Shown here: positions 9,242 through 18,984 of the stretch, in pieces
How positions within the stretch are numbered: the first letter of the stretch is position 1
How the letters are laid out: each line of letters starts with the position of its first letter
DNA from: Alphaproteobacteria bacterium
Lineage (GTDB): Bacteria > Pseudomonadota > Alphaproteobacteria > RF32 > CAG-239
Direction: 5' to 3'
NCBI GenBank assembly: GCA_017467515.1
Contig: JAFUSU010000028.1
Location: 41,735 to 105,734, forward strand
DNA: 64,000 nucleotides
Program-made: the position numbers and the translations under genes
The notes under the pieces: generated by a model
What the model saw: the letters and a program-made list of their open reading frames with translations, nothing else
What the model was told of the DNA's origin: nothing
Databases searched by the model: none

Positions 9242-10966
9242 ATGGCAGGTTGGCAGAAATGGGAAAAATTTACAAGACCAAAACAGCCGTCACAACCGCA
9301 GGAATCGGCAGAGGAACAACCTGTTTCACCCAAAAAAGAAGAAAAAAAGAAAAAGCCTGTTGTCCTGAATAGTTTTGAAGATTTAGCCTCCGCTGAAATT
9401 GATGAAACGACAGAAGTAAAAATTCCCGCCGGAAAGCGGAAACAGCGTAAAAATGACCAATCGAGAAACAGAGAACAGAGAAATTTTGACAACAAGCACA
9501 ACAGAGAAGATAAAAGGCCAAATCAAAGGAGAAAAAAAATGACGGAAGAAACATTCGATACCTCAAGATATAAAGCAGAGGAAGATTTTATAAAGTCCTT
9601 TGAAGCTGAGCACGGGAATATTGATGAAGTTGCCAAAACAAAAGAAGGGCAAGAAAAAATAAAGGCCGCTTGGCATACTTATCAGGAAAATAAAAATCGT
9701 GGCGGAAGTGACCGCGGCGGTGCTGAAGAAACAGGTGATAGAGAAATGAGGGTTTCTCAAGGTGAGCCTGCTCCGGCGAGTGATGAACATAAAGAAGAAA
9801 ATACGGACTGGAGAAAAACAAAAGGAGAAGCTTGGAAAGCGTGGTGTGAAAATAAAGATAATCACAATAGCACAGCTTATACTTATGATCCGGATTCTGA
9901 AGCTTCAGGCTTAAAATTTGATGTTTTCAAAGATGCTGAGAAAAAAGAAAAGCTTGCGACAATAGAATATACTTCTCCCAATAATGTTTCAATTGATAAT
10001 GATGACGGCAAAGTTCCGGACTTGGAATTTTTCAATCAGTTGGTTAAAGATGCCAAAGAGTCCGGATATAAAAAGATTTCTTTCAACGGTGAAATGACAC
10101 CTGAATTCAAAACCAAATTAGCTGTTGCGTGTTTAGCAAATGATATGCCGACAAAAGGTTTTGAAGAACAAATCAATATTGAAAATCTGCCGGATAAAGG
10201 AGCGTCATTAGGTGATGATTTGAAGAAAAAAATCGGGTATCATAACAAATATCAAACACTTCAAAAGGCAGCAGAAGCCTATAAAAGCAATCCTGAAAAC
10301 AAAGATAAACCATATAAAATCAAAGAAGATTTAAGTGCTGAAGATGCAGCGATAATGTATGCAGCCTGTACAAATGCCGGAATTCAGGTTGAAGGAATTA
10401 ATGATGTTAATAAAGAAACGCGTGGAATGTTTATCTTACCGGAAAAAGATAAGAAATTGATGCCCGAAGATGTTCAAACCGCCGTTAAAGAATTTAATAG
10501 CGCTCTGAAAAAAGATGACTTTAAGAAAATTCGCAGCATTATTAATGATCGCAAAAATCCGGTAAAAGACGAAGATAAAGCTACAGCGGATAGATTCAGA
10601 AATGTCGATAGAGCCAGAGGCTTTATGAGCACGCTTAATAAAAGCGAAGAAGGTCAAAAATTACGTCGCGAGTTGGTTTCTGAGGCCGGTGCTGAAGACA
10701 AAGACATATTAGCGCTTATCAAAACGATGGAACGGCAAGATGCAGCTAACAAAAATGATAATAATATGCGCAGACTGTTCACAAAAGCAGAAAGAGAGGA
10801 ATTCGCAGCAAATCCTGAAAATGCGGATAAACAGAAAGTTGAAAAATTCAAAAAGCACTTTGAAGAACATCGCGTAACTTTGCAAAACGAAGCGCAAGAA
10901 GTTAATAAGAAAAATCCATCTTTTTATGCTGTTGCACGAGAAAAATTTCTACATACCAATAATTAA
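9242..10966 (+). CDS. K/E-rich hypothetical protein (574 aa), no recognisable domain
   Basis: The long ORF has host-like composition and a low-complexity, highly charged N-terminus. Confidence 0.65.
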   Translation: MAGWQKWEKFTRPKQPSQPQESAEEQPVSPKKEEKKKKPVVLNSFEDLASAEIDETTEVKIPAGKRKQRKNDQSRNREQRNFDNKHNREDKRPNQRRKKMTEETFDTSRYKAEEDFIKSFEAEHGNIDEVAKTKEGQEKIKAAWHTYQENKNRGGSDRGGAEETGDREMRVSQGEPAPASDEHKEENTDWRKTKGEAWKAWCENKDNHNSTAYTYDPDSEASGLKFDVFKDAEKKEKLATIEYTSPNNVSIDNDDGKVPDLEFFNQLVKDAKESGYKKISFNGEMTPEFKTKLAVACLANDMPTKGFEEQINIENLPDKGASLGDDLKKKIGYHNKYQTLQKAAEAYKSNPENKDKPYKIKEDLSAEDAAIMYAACTNAGIQVEGINDVNKETRGMFILPEKDKKLMPEDVQTAVKEFNSALKKDDFKKIRSIINDRKNPVKDEDKATADRFRNVDRARGFMSTLNKSEEGQKLRRELVSEAGAEDKDILALIKTMERQDAANKNDNNMRRLFTKAEREEFAANPENADKQKVEKFKKHFEEHRVTLQNEAQEVNKKNPSFYAVAREKFLHTNN

Positions 10967-10973
10967 GTTTTTC

Positions 10974-11057
10974 CGTCATACTCGGGCTTGACCCGAGTAT
11001 CCATTCGAACAAGGAATCAACATTACGATAGACCCTCGTGTCAGGCACGAGGGTGAC
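10974..11057 (+). repeat. Double-hairpin repeat element, copy 1
   Basis: CGTCATACTCGGGCTTGACCCGAGTATCCATT...CCCTCGTGTCAGGCACGAGGGTGAC contains two perfect stems (ACTCGGG/CCCGAGT and CCCTCGTG/CACGAGGG). A 3' fragment, GGCACGAGGGTGAC, recurs at 11157-11170. Confidence 0.8.
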
Positions 11058-11510
11058 CAGTGGATGTTCTCGGATGCCGATAGGCATAGGGAGAACAAAT
11101 GGGACTGGCGGCAATGGGCAAACTGCTCTTTGCCCATTGTCACAATAGAAAAGAAGGCACGAGGGTGACGGTGTGTAGGAAAAACAGACCTTCGAGTCAA
11201 TCACAATCGGACGAAAGGCAAATTCAGTATATTAAAGCAATAATGAAATAGAATCGTACAAAAAAATCAATTTTAGCGAAAATTTCCGAAAATTTTGTTG
11301 CTTTTAGAATTAAAATTTGCTATATTATAAGGGCAAAAATATTTTTAAGTCACTATAATTGTGTATGTTTCATTGTTTTAAATTTACTTTTAAACTCTGA
11401 GATTATCCGTATAGCGACAACATAAAGTTTTTTTCTTTGGGGCTGACAGCAAATCTGCCCTTCGACATATTTCAAAAACAATAAATTAATAATCAAAAAA
11501 ATAAAAAATT

Positions 11511-14500
11511 ATGAAAATGAAGAAAATTTTTGCAGTTGTTGCTACGATAGTAGCGCTCTGCGCAGTAACCGGATGTGGTAAGGACTCTCTTGGCGGGTCA
11601 AACTATGACACCGAAAGTAAAGGTCTAACCACACAGCCCAAGCAGGTTTCCTGCCGGCAGGTGTCTTTGAAGACTCCAGAGGCAGACGGCGCTATCACGC
11701 GTTCTATGCGTGCCGCTGCCGATGAAGACTGGAGCAAGCCAGATGGACTTTTTGAGGTGACGACACTCTGCGAGCAGCGCTTTGTCGGTGTTGCTGATGC
11801 AGATACCTTGAAAAAGTACGAGGTGCGGAATCGCTACCGCTCTTTTGGCGTGGTGAACAAGCCTCGCTATATCAAGAGCATTGCGAATCTTCGAGAAGGC
11901 TCGCCTGTTTTGACTATGGATAACCTTCCTGACGGACGTGTCCGCCATTTGGTTAAAAATAAGGACGGAGAGGATCATTCTCTGGACTACTCGCTTGTCG
12001 AGGAGTCATTTGTAGAGAGTGACACTACGTGGGTTAAAGACCGTGCGGGCAACCGTAAGGGATTTGTTCGTTGCAAAGACTCTTGGGAGAACCTCAAGTT
12101 CCAGAACCGTGAGGTGACGGACTTGGGCGTGGATTCCGCAAAATGGCACAAGTATAAGGTAGTGGATATCTATAATCCCACCCTGATCAGTCATCTTGAT
12201 TGCGGCGCTTTCAAGGTGTCCTACATTGTTTGGGAATGGACTGGTTCTGGAGATCCTGATTTTCCGGATGACGAATGGGAAGTCATTCGTTACTTTACCA
12301 AGAATGAATGGATTACCCCCGAAAAGATCTCTGATCTGACGGGCAAAGCTAACTCCGGCTTTGAAGTCTATGCCTTCTTGAGCGATGGCACTGAGAAGTT
12401 CTATTGCAAGAAATCTGTCGACCTGAGCAACTCCATCGAGGCACTGAAGCGTGACACAGTCACAACTTCTGACTTTGAGTGGAAAGCACTGGATGCTGTT
12501 CTTTATAATGAGGGAACCGATGGTGCTCTTTATCAGAAGAAGGACAGCATTTGGGTACAGCCTCTCAAGGTTACCTACCAGACCAACGTCAATAAGGGCT
12601 CGCGAGAGTACTTGTTGAAGAGAGAAGGTCGCGCCTACTGGGTTGACCCCCTTGGAGAGAACCATTACTTCAAAGAGGGTTCTTGGAACACCGCCGATAC
12701 TGACAAGGGATGGGAAAAGAGTGATTTGGCAGCAGATAACACATACAAATATATTCTGCTGACAAGCTCAATCGCTCCGACCTATCTTGGTCTCAGCTAC
12801 AGCGCCTCAAGTGAATTGGCGCTGAGAATGCTGAAAGATGGGGATAACAAACTCATCGGGTATAAGGTAATGAATTACGACATAAAGCGTGTGACGCCTG
12901 TCAGTGATTATTATACCTACGCCGAGTTGTGGGGCGTTTACTCCAAGGGAGAGCCTCAAAAAATAAAAGAGTTTGGTACCCATACGGGTGTATCCGTTAT
13001 AACACCAGAGGCGCAGACCATTACTGTTACTGATTGGAATATCACTGATGGGCAACCTCAGTGGTATGGCGAAAGCCGTCTCTCCGAGAGGAAAGACACC
13101 CTAAAAGATGGGGATCATATTATCGGTGTTTTCCATATCACACCGATTAAGAAAACGTATGCAACCCGCACCAATAAGAGTGATGACAAGTTCCAAGTAA
13201 CTTGGGATAAGACCATCACCTTTACCGACGAGTTCGGTAAGGATTGGGACGGATTCATTACGTTAGATCCCAAGCCCTCAGACAAGGGCGGTGTCAAAAC
13301 AATGGTTGACCTCAGTGATGAGGATGATTACCAGCGTAAGCAAATGACAACCACAATGAATCTCGTTGTCCGTGAGGATAACGCTGATTATACGGGAGAA
13401 GTTATCTTCCGCAAAAAAGTGGAGAAGGAAGAGCTTATAGAAGGCCCGACGGTAACACCGAGTTGGACGTGGTTCAACAATGGTCAGGGTGGCACAGGTT
13501 CTCTGAAGATTACCTATCGTCTCAAGCTAGGTGGTCCGAAAGAGATAAATGTCTCACAGGATGAGGAATGGAGCATAACCAACGAAGCGAAGTCACACAT
13601 TATTCTGTCTTCAGCATCTGCTGATCATCAGAATATTGACAATAGCATCAGTTGGGGAACAACGACCTCATCAAATCCGCAGACCGGAGTCACATTGTAT
13701 ACGACGACGGGTACAATCAAAGACCACTATTCAACACTGGTCGATGGTTATACAACCAAGAAGCAGACGGCAACTTATACGTTTAGCATTCTTGGAAAGT
13801 CATATAGCTACGACTTCCCAGCTCCGAGTGATATGACCGTTGCCTATAAAACATCTTCACTGGTTAATGGCAACCGCACAGCTAGCGAGAGTGGTAAAAA
13901 CTATGATGTCTACGACCACACTGGAACAGTTACTGCAACAGTGTCATCTGCCAGCGACGGCAATCAAACACAGGATGCCACCGACCTCAAGGAAATTTGG
14001 GTTGCAAAGAACGATCCGACCAACCCTGATTTCAACTTTGATGCAACGTGGCACGCTGGTCGTGGTAATAGGTTTTACACCGGCGCCCAGTGGTGTGACG
14101 GTTTCTTGTATTCCAATGATAACAATTACTTCATCGTGGCTTATTTCTTTAGTTTGAACCACGATAAAACCAAGGAATCATTGGTAAAAACAGAAACCTA
14201 TACCATTCCCAAGTCGGAAATGGGAACACCCACCACACCGTTTAACGGCGTAATGTGGGATCCGGCGAAGGGAAAAGCCATTCCTTGCCTCATCACCGTT
14301 GATGGTGAAGGTTGGTCCCTCGGCACACGTTATGCCGACGGAACTGCAGTCACCAAGCGTCATGGTCGTGAGGAAGCAGTCAGCTCCGGCGTTAAAAATC
14401 TCGCCGAAAATGACAACGCAACCCCAAGTCCCATCATTGCTACATCGTGGAGTGAGGCTAAAAAGAATGGTCACATCTACTATACGGCAGGCTGGCACAC

Positions 14501-14546
14501 AACGACTCACACGATGAGTCACACTGTCGGCTTTAAGGATAATTAA
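11511..14546 (+). CDS. Large surface lipoprotein (1011 aa), unknown function, G+C-richer than its flanks
   Basis: It has a signal peptide plus lipobox (MKMKKIFAVVATIVALCAVTGC). It is a continuous ORF with no recognisable domains. Confidence 0.8.
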   Translation: MKMKKIFAVVATIVALCAVTGCGKDSLGGSNYDTESKGLTTQPKQVSCRQVSLKTPEADGAITRSMRAAADEDWSKPDGLFEVTTLCEQRFVGVADADTLKKYEVRNRYRSFGVVNKPRYIKSIANLREGSPVLTMDNLPDGRVRHLVKNKDGEDHSLDYSLVEESFVESDTTWVKDRAGNRKGFVRCKDSWENLKFQNREVTDLGVDSAKWHKYKVVDIYNPTLISHLDCGAFKVSYIVWEWTGSGDPDFPDDEWEVIRYFTKNEWITPEKISDLTGKANSGFEVYAFLSDGTEKFYCKKSVDLSNSIEALKRDTVTTSDFEWKALDAVLYNEGTDGALYQKKDSIWVQPLKVTYQTNVNKGSREYLLKREGRAYWVDPLGENHYFKEGSWNTADTDKGWEKSDLAADNTYKYILLTSSIAPTYLGLSYSASSELALRMLKDGDNKLIGYKVMNYDIKRVTPVSDYYTYAELWGVYSKGEPQKIKEFGTHTGVSVITPEAQTITVTDWNITDGQPQWYGESRLSERKDTLKDGDHIIGVFHITPIKKTYATRTNKSDDKFQVTWDKTITFTDEFGKDWDGFITLDPKPSDKGGVKTMVDLSDEDDYQRKQMTTTMNLVVREDNADYTGEVIFRKKVEKEELIEGPTVTPSWTWFNNGQGGTGSLKITYRLKLGGPKEINVSQDEEWSITNEAKSHIILSSASADHQNIDNSISWGTTTSSNPQTGVTLYTTTGTIKDHYSTLVDGYTTKKQTATYTFSILGKSYSYDFPAPSDMTVAYKTSSLVNGNRTASESGKNYDVYDHTGTVTATVSSASDGNQTQDATDLKEIWVAKNDPTNPDFNFDATWHAGRGNRFYTGAQWCDGFLYSNDNNYFIVAYFFSLNHDKTKESLVKTETYTIPKSEMGTPTTPFNGVMWDPAKGKAIPCLITVDGEGWSLGTRYADGTAVTKRHGREEAVSSGVKNLAENDNATPSPIIATSWSEAKKNGHIYYTAGWHTTTHTMSHTVGFKDN

Positions 14547-14582
14547 AAGTAAAATTTAAAACAGAAAAATATGAAACAAAAG

Positions 14583-14624
14583 GAAACACCCGCCGCTCAA
14601 GAGCTGCGGGTGTTTCTGATTTTA
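14583..14624 (+). terminator. Rho-independent terminator of the lipoprotein gene
   Basis: An 11-bp stem GAAACACCCGC/GCGGGTGTTTC is followed by a T-rich run. Confidence 0.75.
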
Positions 14625-14709
14625 AATGCCTGATTATTTAATATGCTGTTTCATAAAAGTAGTGTTTTTTCTTTCTCACGTCATACTCGGGTTTAACTTT
14701 TCTTTCTCT

Positions 14710-14794
14710 CGTCATACTCGGGCTTGACCCGAGTATCCATTTGAATAAGTAATCAATATTATAATGGACTCTCGTGTCGGGGCACGAGGGTGAC
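14710..14794 (+). repeat. Double-hairpin repeat element, copy 2 (a partial extra copy lies at 14679-14694)
   Basis: It has the same orientation and the same two stems as 10974-11057. It brackets the lipoprotein cassette. Confidence 0.8.
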
Positions 14795-14825
14795 GTTTAA
14801 AAAGAATCATAGTCAGGTGTTTTTT

Positions 14826-14936
14826 CTTTCGTCTGCCTCTCCTCCTTGTCGAACTGCTTTTTCGCAGGTTCGAGTGGTCTTTCATTTTACCAATAAAAAA
14901 ACCCTCACAAGGAGGGATTTTTTGTTGGTGGGAGTG
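14826..14936. repeat. 111-bp direct repeat, copy 1 (terminator region plus the last 11 nt of tRNA-Val)
   Basis: It is near-identical to 15088-15198 and ends with TGGTGGGAGTG, the reverse complement of the tRNA-Val 3' end. Confidence 0.85.
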
Positions 14937-15087
14937 ATAACTCGTAAATTTCATTTACTCGTTATCGACGGTTCCAATGCTTCTATTGCGCAATAAATTG
15001 CGCACTGAAGCATTCCTCCGTTGGCAGGACTGACGTCGCTTTGCTCCGCCGCTGCGTCGTCGTTCGCACAAAGTGCTCACCGGCATA

Positions 15088-15198
15088 CTTTCGTCTGCCT
15101 CTCCTCCTTGTCGAACTGCTTTTTCGCAGGTTCGAGTAGTCTTTCATTTTACCAATAAAAAAACCCTCACAAGGAGGGATTTTTTATTGGTGGGAGTG
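15088..15198. repeat. 111-bp direct repeat, copy 2 (overlaps the genuine tRNA-Val 3' end)
   Basis: See copy 1. The offset is 262 bp and there are two mismatches. Confidence 0.85.
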
Positions 15199-15264
15199 GC
15201 AGGACTCGAACCTGCGACCTCTACGATGTCAACGTAACGCTCTAACCACCTGAGCTACACACCC
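15188..15264 (-). tRNA. tRNA-Val (anticodon GAC), CCA encoded
   Basis: A cloverleaf was folded by hand: acceptor GGGTGTG, D arm GCTC/GAGC, anticodon loop TTGACAT, T loop GGTTCGAGTCC. Confidence 0.9.
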
Positions 15265-15427
15265 ATATAACGAAAATCCTTTTACTTGATTCTTGTTTAA
15301 ATAGCAAGTACTTTTTTGATTTTTTTTACAATTGCCAAAATTTCAGAAAAATACTTGCATCTTAAATGCAAGTATGATAAGACAAACCTCGATATAAACT
15401 TATTATTAATTTCAAATAAAAACTATT

Positions 15428-16165
15428 ATGGCTAAGAAAGAATTTATCGAGGCTGCTCAAAAAAAGCACCCTCAGTATTCAGCGCAAGCAATTGAGCAGT
15501 GCGTGTTGACGGCTTTTCTCAGTAAAGCAGAAATTAAAGAACTGTTTTCTTTTGAACTGGGGCGCAATGCTTACAAGTTGGCTAAGATGGGCAGTGCTAT
15601 TCTGGTTTCAGAGCTTGATGAAACAGTGGAGAGCTTTCCCCGTCTCAGCCAAGAGCAAGTACTCCGTTGGTTTAAGCGGGAGGCATTGGTCGGTCCGGAG
15701 GTTAAACTGGACAGTACAGGGATCACACGTCCGATGCTGATAGAACTGGTTGAAGCGTTGGAAGATTATACGGGATTACAGCTCTCCGATGAGAAAAATC
15801 TTCAAGCTCCGCTCCGCTATCTTGATGAAATCAGTCAGACATTGACGATAGAAGATGTCGCCGAGTATTTCTCCGGTTCTCCGTCACGGATTATGTCTAT
15901 CAGGACGAAAGACCGCAAAGGTTTGCCCCCGATGTCTGGAAAAACACAGATCTATCAGCGTAGTGCCGTCAAATCATATTTGAACGACTGCTGTGGCGGT
16001 GAGGTCAACGAGGGAACGCCTGTGGCAAATCTTTGCTGTGTTGATGTTGACAATCCCTATGTGATTGTTCATTGGATGGAAAACCGCTTCGGCAAGATGA
16101 TCGATAATGCGGTTATCAAGAAAGGAACGGTCAAAGATCTTTTGGATGCTTTCGTTGCAAATTAA
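15428..16165 (+). CDS. Hypothetical protein with C-terminal excisionase/AlpA-like HTH, G+C-richer (foreign) DNA
   Basis: LTIEDVAEYFSGSPSRIMSIRTKDRKGLPP resembles HTH_17/Xis-type domains. It lies adjacent to tRNA-Val. Confidence 0.55.
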   Translation: MAKKEFIEAAQKKHPQYSAQAIEQCVLTAFLSKAEIKELFSFELGRNAYKLAKMGSAILVSELDETVESFPRLSQEQVLRWFKREALVGPEVKLDSTGITRPMLIELVEALEDYTGLQLSDEKNLQAPLRYLDEISQTLTIEDVAEYFSGSPSRIMSIRTKDRKGLPPMSGKTQIYQRSAVKSYLNDCCGGEVNEGTPVANLCCVDVDNPYVIVHWMENRFGKMIDNAVIKKGTVKDLLDAFVAN

Positions 16166-16170
16166 AAAAA

Positions 16171-16197
16171 AGAGCTTCTTCGGAAGCTCTTTTTTTT
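16171..16197 (+). terminator. Rho-independent terminator
   Basis: Stem AGAGCTTC ttcg GAAGCTCT is followed by T7. Confidence 0.8.
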
Positions 16198-16259
16198 GTT
16201 TCCTAGTAAAAAGTTAAGAATTAGAAATTATAATATAAGCCAAGAGCAGGGGATAACAG

Positions 16260-17144
16260 ATGTCTGATAACCATTTGGATTTAAAAATAGATTATTCAAA
16301 AATAAAAATTTTTGATGAATACAGCGTGGATAATATAAAGTATCCCGTTGTACTATCTGTGCCGCATAAAGGACAGATTTTCCCTGAAGAATTTTTGCAC
16401 GTGACTGCCGTCAGTCAGACCGAATTGCGAAAAAATGAAGATGCCTTTGTTGATGAATTGGTGATTAAGGCCTCAAATGCGGGGATTCCAATGATTGCAA
16501 TGAATATCGCACGTGCTTTTATTGATGTTAATCGGGATAAAATGGAAATAGATCCGACAATGTTTTATAACTATCCGCATCCTGAATTATCAATGGGGCG
16601 TCGCTGTCGTATCGGTTTGGGTGTCATCCATAGAATAACAGCGCGCAATCATCCGATATATAAAGGTTTGCTGGATTATAACGAGGTGCAGGAAAGGTTT
16701 GTAAAAATTTATGATGCTTATCATAAGCGCTTGCAACAGTTAATTGATAAAACGCTGAAAAAGTTCGGATTGTGTTTTGTGCTTGATTGTCATTCGATGC
16801 CATCTGAAATTTGCTCTTTGTTACAGGAAACACAGCGGATAGATTTTTGTCTCGGTACGTTGTTTGATCAGAGTTGCCCCGAACAAATGAAAAACTTTTT
16901 TAAAAACGGATTGGAAGAAAAAAATTATTATATATCAGATAACAGTCCGTATTCCGGTGCATATATTACCTTTAATTATTGCCAACCGCGTCGAAAAATT
17001 TATACAATGCAAGTAGAAATTAATCGCGGTTTGTATATGGATGAACATTCCTATAAGAAAAATGGCGGTTTTTCAAAGCTTTGCGATGATATTTCGCAAA
17101 ATATTATTGATTTCTCGAATTTTTTACTGGATTTAAAAAAATAA
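16260..17144 (+). CDS. N-formylglutamate amidohydrolase family protein
   Basis: The SVPHKG, DVNRD and LDCHSMPS motifs are typical of the FGase family. Confidence 0.75.
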   Translation: MSDNHLDLKIDYSKIKIFDEYSVDNIKYPVVLSVPHKGQIFPEEFLHVTAVSQTELRKNEDAFVDELVIKASNAGIPMIAMNIARAFIDVNRDKMEIDPTMFYNYPHPELSMGRRCRIGLGVIHRITARNHPIYKGLLDYNEVQERFVKIYDAYHKRLQQLIDKTLKKFGLCFVLDCHSMPSEICSLLQETQRIDFCLGTLFDQSCPEQMKNFFKNGLEEKNYYISDNSPYSGAYITFNYCQPRRKIYTMQVEINRGLYMDEHSYKKNGGFSKLCDDISQNIIDFSNFLLDLKK

Positions 17145-17267
17145 CTGTGTTATACCGCTCTTGTTTTTTTGCGGACCAAGTTATTAAATCAGGTCTGCTT
17201 TATTAGACTTTAATTTATTATATGTGAGATTATATAAGTAAAGCGATATTTTAATAACAACCTCAAA

Positions 17268-18152
17268 ATGAAAGACAAAAGTGCCGTTAAGCAGATTGAA
17301 ATCAGTAAAAAACTGAGGGATGTTTGTGGCCGTTTTGAGGGAACAAGAGGGATGCGAGTTATCGTATCAAAAAATTTAATGTTTTTATTACTTATGCTGC
17401 TGATGTTATTGCAGCCGTTGGTTGTTTCTGCATCTCAGTTGAAAGAGCCGACAGATACGGCACACATTTGTCTGCGTGCAACGCAGATGATGGAGAGTAA
17501 GCACAACATCAAAAAGCACTTGTTGACAACAATCGCCAGTATAGAGTCTGGCCGTTGGAATGAGAAAAGACAACAAAAATTAGCGTGGCCGTGGACCATT
17601 AATGCTCAAGGTAAAGGTTATTTCTTTAATACAAAAGCGGAAGCCGTCAAAAAAGCTCGTGAACTCAAAGCACAGGGAATTACCAGCATTGATGTCGGTT
17701 GTATGCAAATTAATATGCTGTATCACGGACAAGAGTTTGCCAGCCTTGAGGAAGCTTTTGATCCGATGCATAATGTGGAATATGCCGCTAAATTCTTAAA
17801 TAATTTATATGAAAGCAATGACAGAGATTGGCTGAAGGCTGCAATGGCTTATCATTCGAGTATTCCGGAAAAAGCTAATGTTTATCGTAAAAAAATTGTT
17901 GAGGCTTTTGAAATTGTTAAAAGCGCTCATAAAAACGATAATGAACCGATTTTGAATGTTCGCCCGAAAGTAGAAAGATTGCAGGTAGCTGAGCTTGAAA
18001 AAATAAAGAAACTTCGTGTTTCCAAGAAAACGGCATCAAACAGATCAACCGTTAAAAAATCTGTAGCTCAAAATAAACTGGATGTTAAAGCTTGGCGTGA
18101 AGCTAAACTTGAAGAATACAGAGTGCAGAAATTATTGGCGCGACGCTACTGA
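17268..18152 (+). CDS. Lytic transglycosylase (SLT domain) protein
   Basis: IESGRW...WPWTINAQGKGYFF...GCMQIN...AYHS. The true start may be an internal Met. Confidence 0.75.
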   Translation: MKDKSAVKQIEISKKLRDVCGRFEGTRGMRVIVSKNLMFLLLMLLMLLQPLVVSASQLKEPTDTAHICLRATQMMESKHNIKKHLLTTIASIESGRWNEKRQQKLAWPWTINAQGKGYFFNTKAEAVKKARELKAQGITSIDVGCMQINMLYHGQEFASLEEAFDPMHNVEYAAKFLNNLYESNDRDWLKAAMAYHSSIPEKANVYRKKIVEAFEIVKSAHKNDNEPILNVRPKVERLQVAELEKIKKLRVSKKTASNRSTVKKSVAQNKLDVKAWREAKLEEYRVQKLLARRY

Positions 18153-18172
18153 AATAAAAGGTAAAAATATCA

Positions 18173-18910
18173 ATGGCTATCCAAAAATATCAAAAAGAAT
18201 ATCTAATACGCAGTTACGAGTGTGATAAACACGAAAATTTGAGATTACTGACGCTGATGAATATTTTGCAAGATGCGGCGGATAGCCACGCAGATAATTT
18301 AGGCTTAGGTTATGCGTACTGTGTGTCGCACCATTTGGCTTGGGTTGCCGCCAATTATCACGTTAAAATAATGAGGGCGCCCAAAATCCACGAGCAGGTA
18401 ACGATTCACACTTGGCCGAGTGAAGAAAAAAAACTCGGCGCTATTCGTGATTATCAAATGACGGATCGTGAAGGTCACGTTATCGTTCAGGCGTCAACAC
18501 AGTGGGTGTTGATCAACTTTGAAACCAAGCGTCCGGTTCCGTTAAGGGCTAATTTGCCGGAATATGCCGTTGTTTCCGAAAAAGCGGATTCTTTTGAGTT
18601 TACACGTCTTCCTGCGCCCGAAAAATATAATTTTGAAACGGAATTTACGGTTCGGTTTGATGATATTGATGTTAACAATCACGTCAATAATGCCGTTTAT
18701 CCTCTTTGGATGAGTGAAGCCGTTCCGTCAGAATTCAGAGATAAGCATACGGTTTCAGAGCTGGAAATAGCCTTTAAAAAAGAAGTGCTTGTCGGTGAAA
18801 CTGTTAAAATTTCAACTTATTTAGAAGGTAATAAATCTTATCACGAAGTAACATCGGCGGCAGATGGCAGAGAGTTAGCCAAAGCATCATTTACATGGGT
18901 TGAAGTATAA
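18173..18910 (+). CDS. Acyl-ACP thioesterase
   Basis: It has a double hot-dog thioesterase pattern (IRSYECD..., RFDDIDVNNHVNNAVY). Confidence 0.8.
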   Translation: MAIQKYQKEYLIRSYECDKHENLRLLTLMNILQDAADSHADNLGLGYAYCVSHHLAWVAANYHVKIMRAPKIHEQVTIHTWPSEEKKLGAIRDYQMTDREGHVIVQASTQWVLINFETKRPVPLRANLPEYAVVSEKADSFEFTRLPAPEKYNFETEFTVRFDDIDVNNHVNNAVYPLWMSEAVPSEFRDKHTVSELEIAFKKEVLVGETVKISTYLEGNKSYHEVTSAADGRELAKASFTWVEV

Positions 18911-18984
18911 ATAAATTGTCAGCTTGTAAAAATATTTAATATCTGTATAATGCTCCCATAAAGAATATAAAAAGGACTTATTTT

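Noticed and set aside
12006-12665. A 219-aa ORF antisense to the lipoprotein gene.
   Set aside because: It is entirely nested in the longer, signal-peptide-bearing + strand ORF, and it has no start context or homology.
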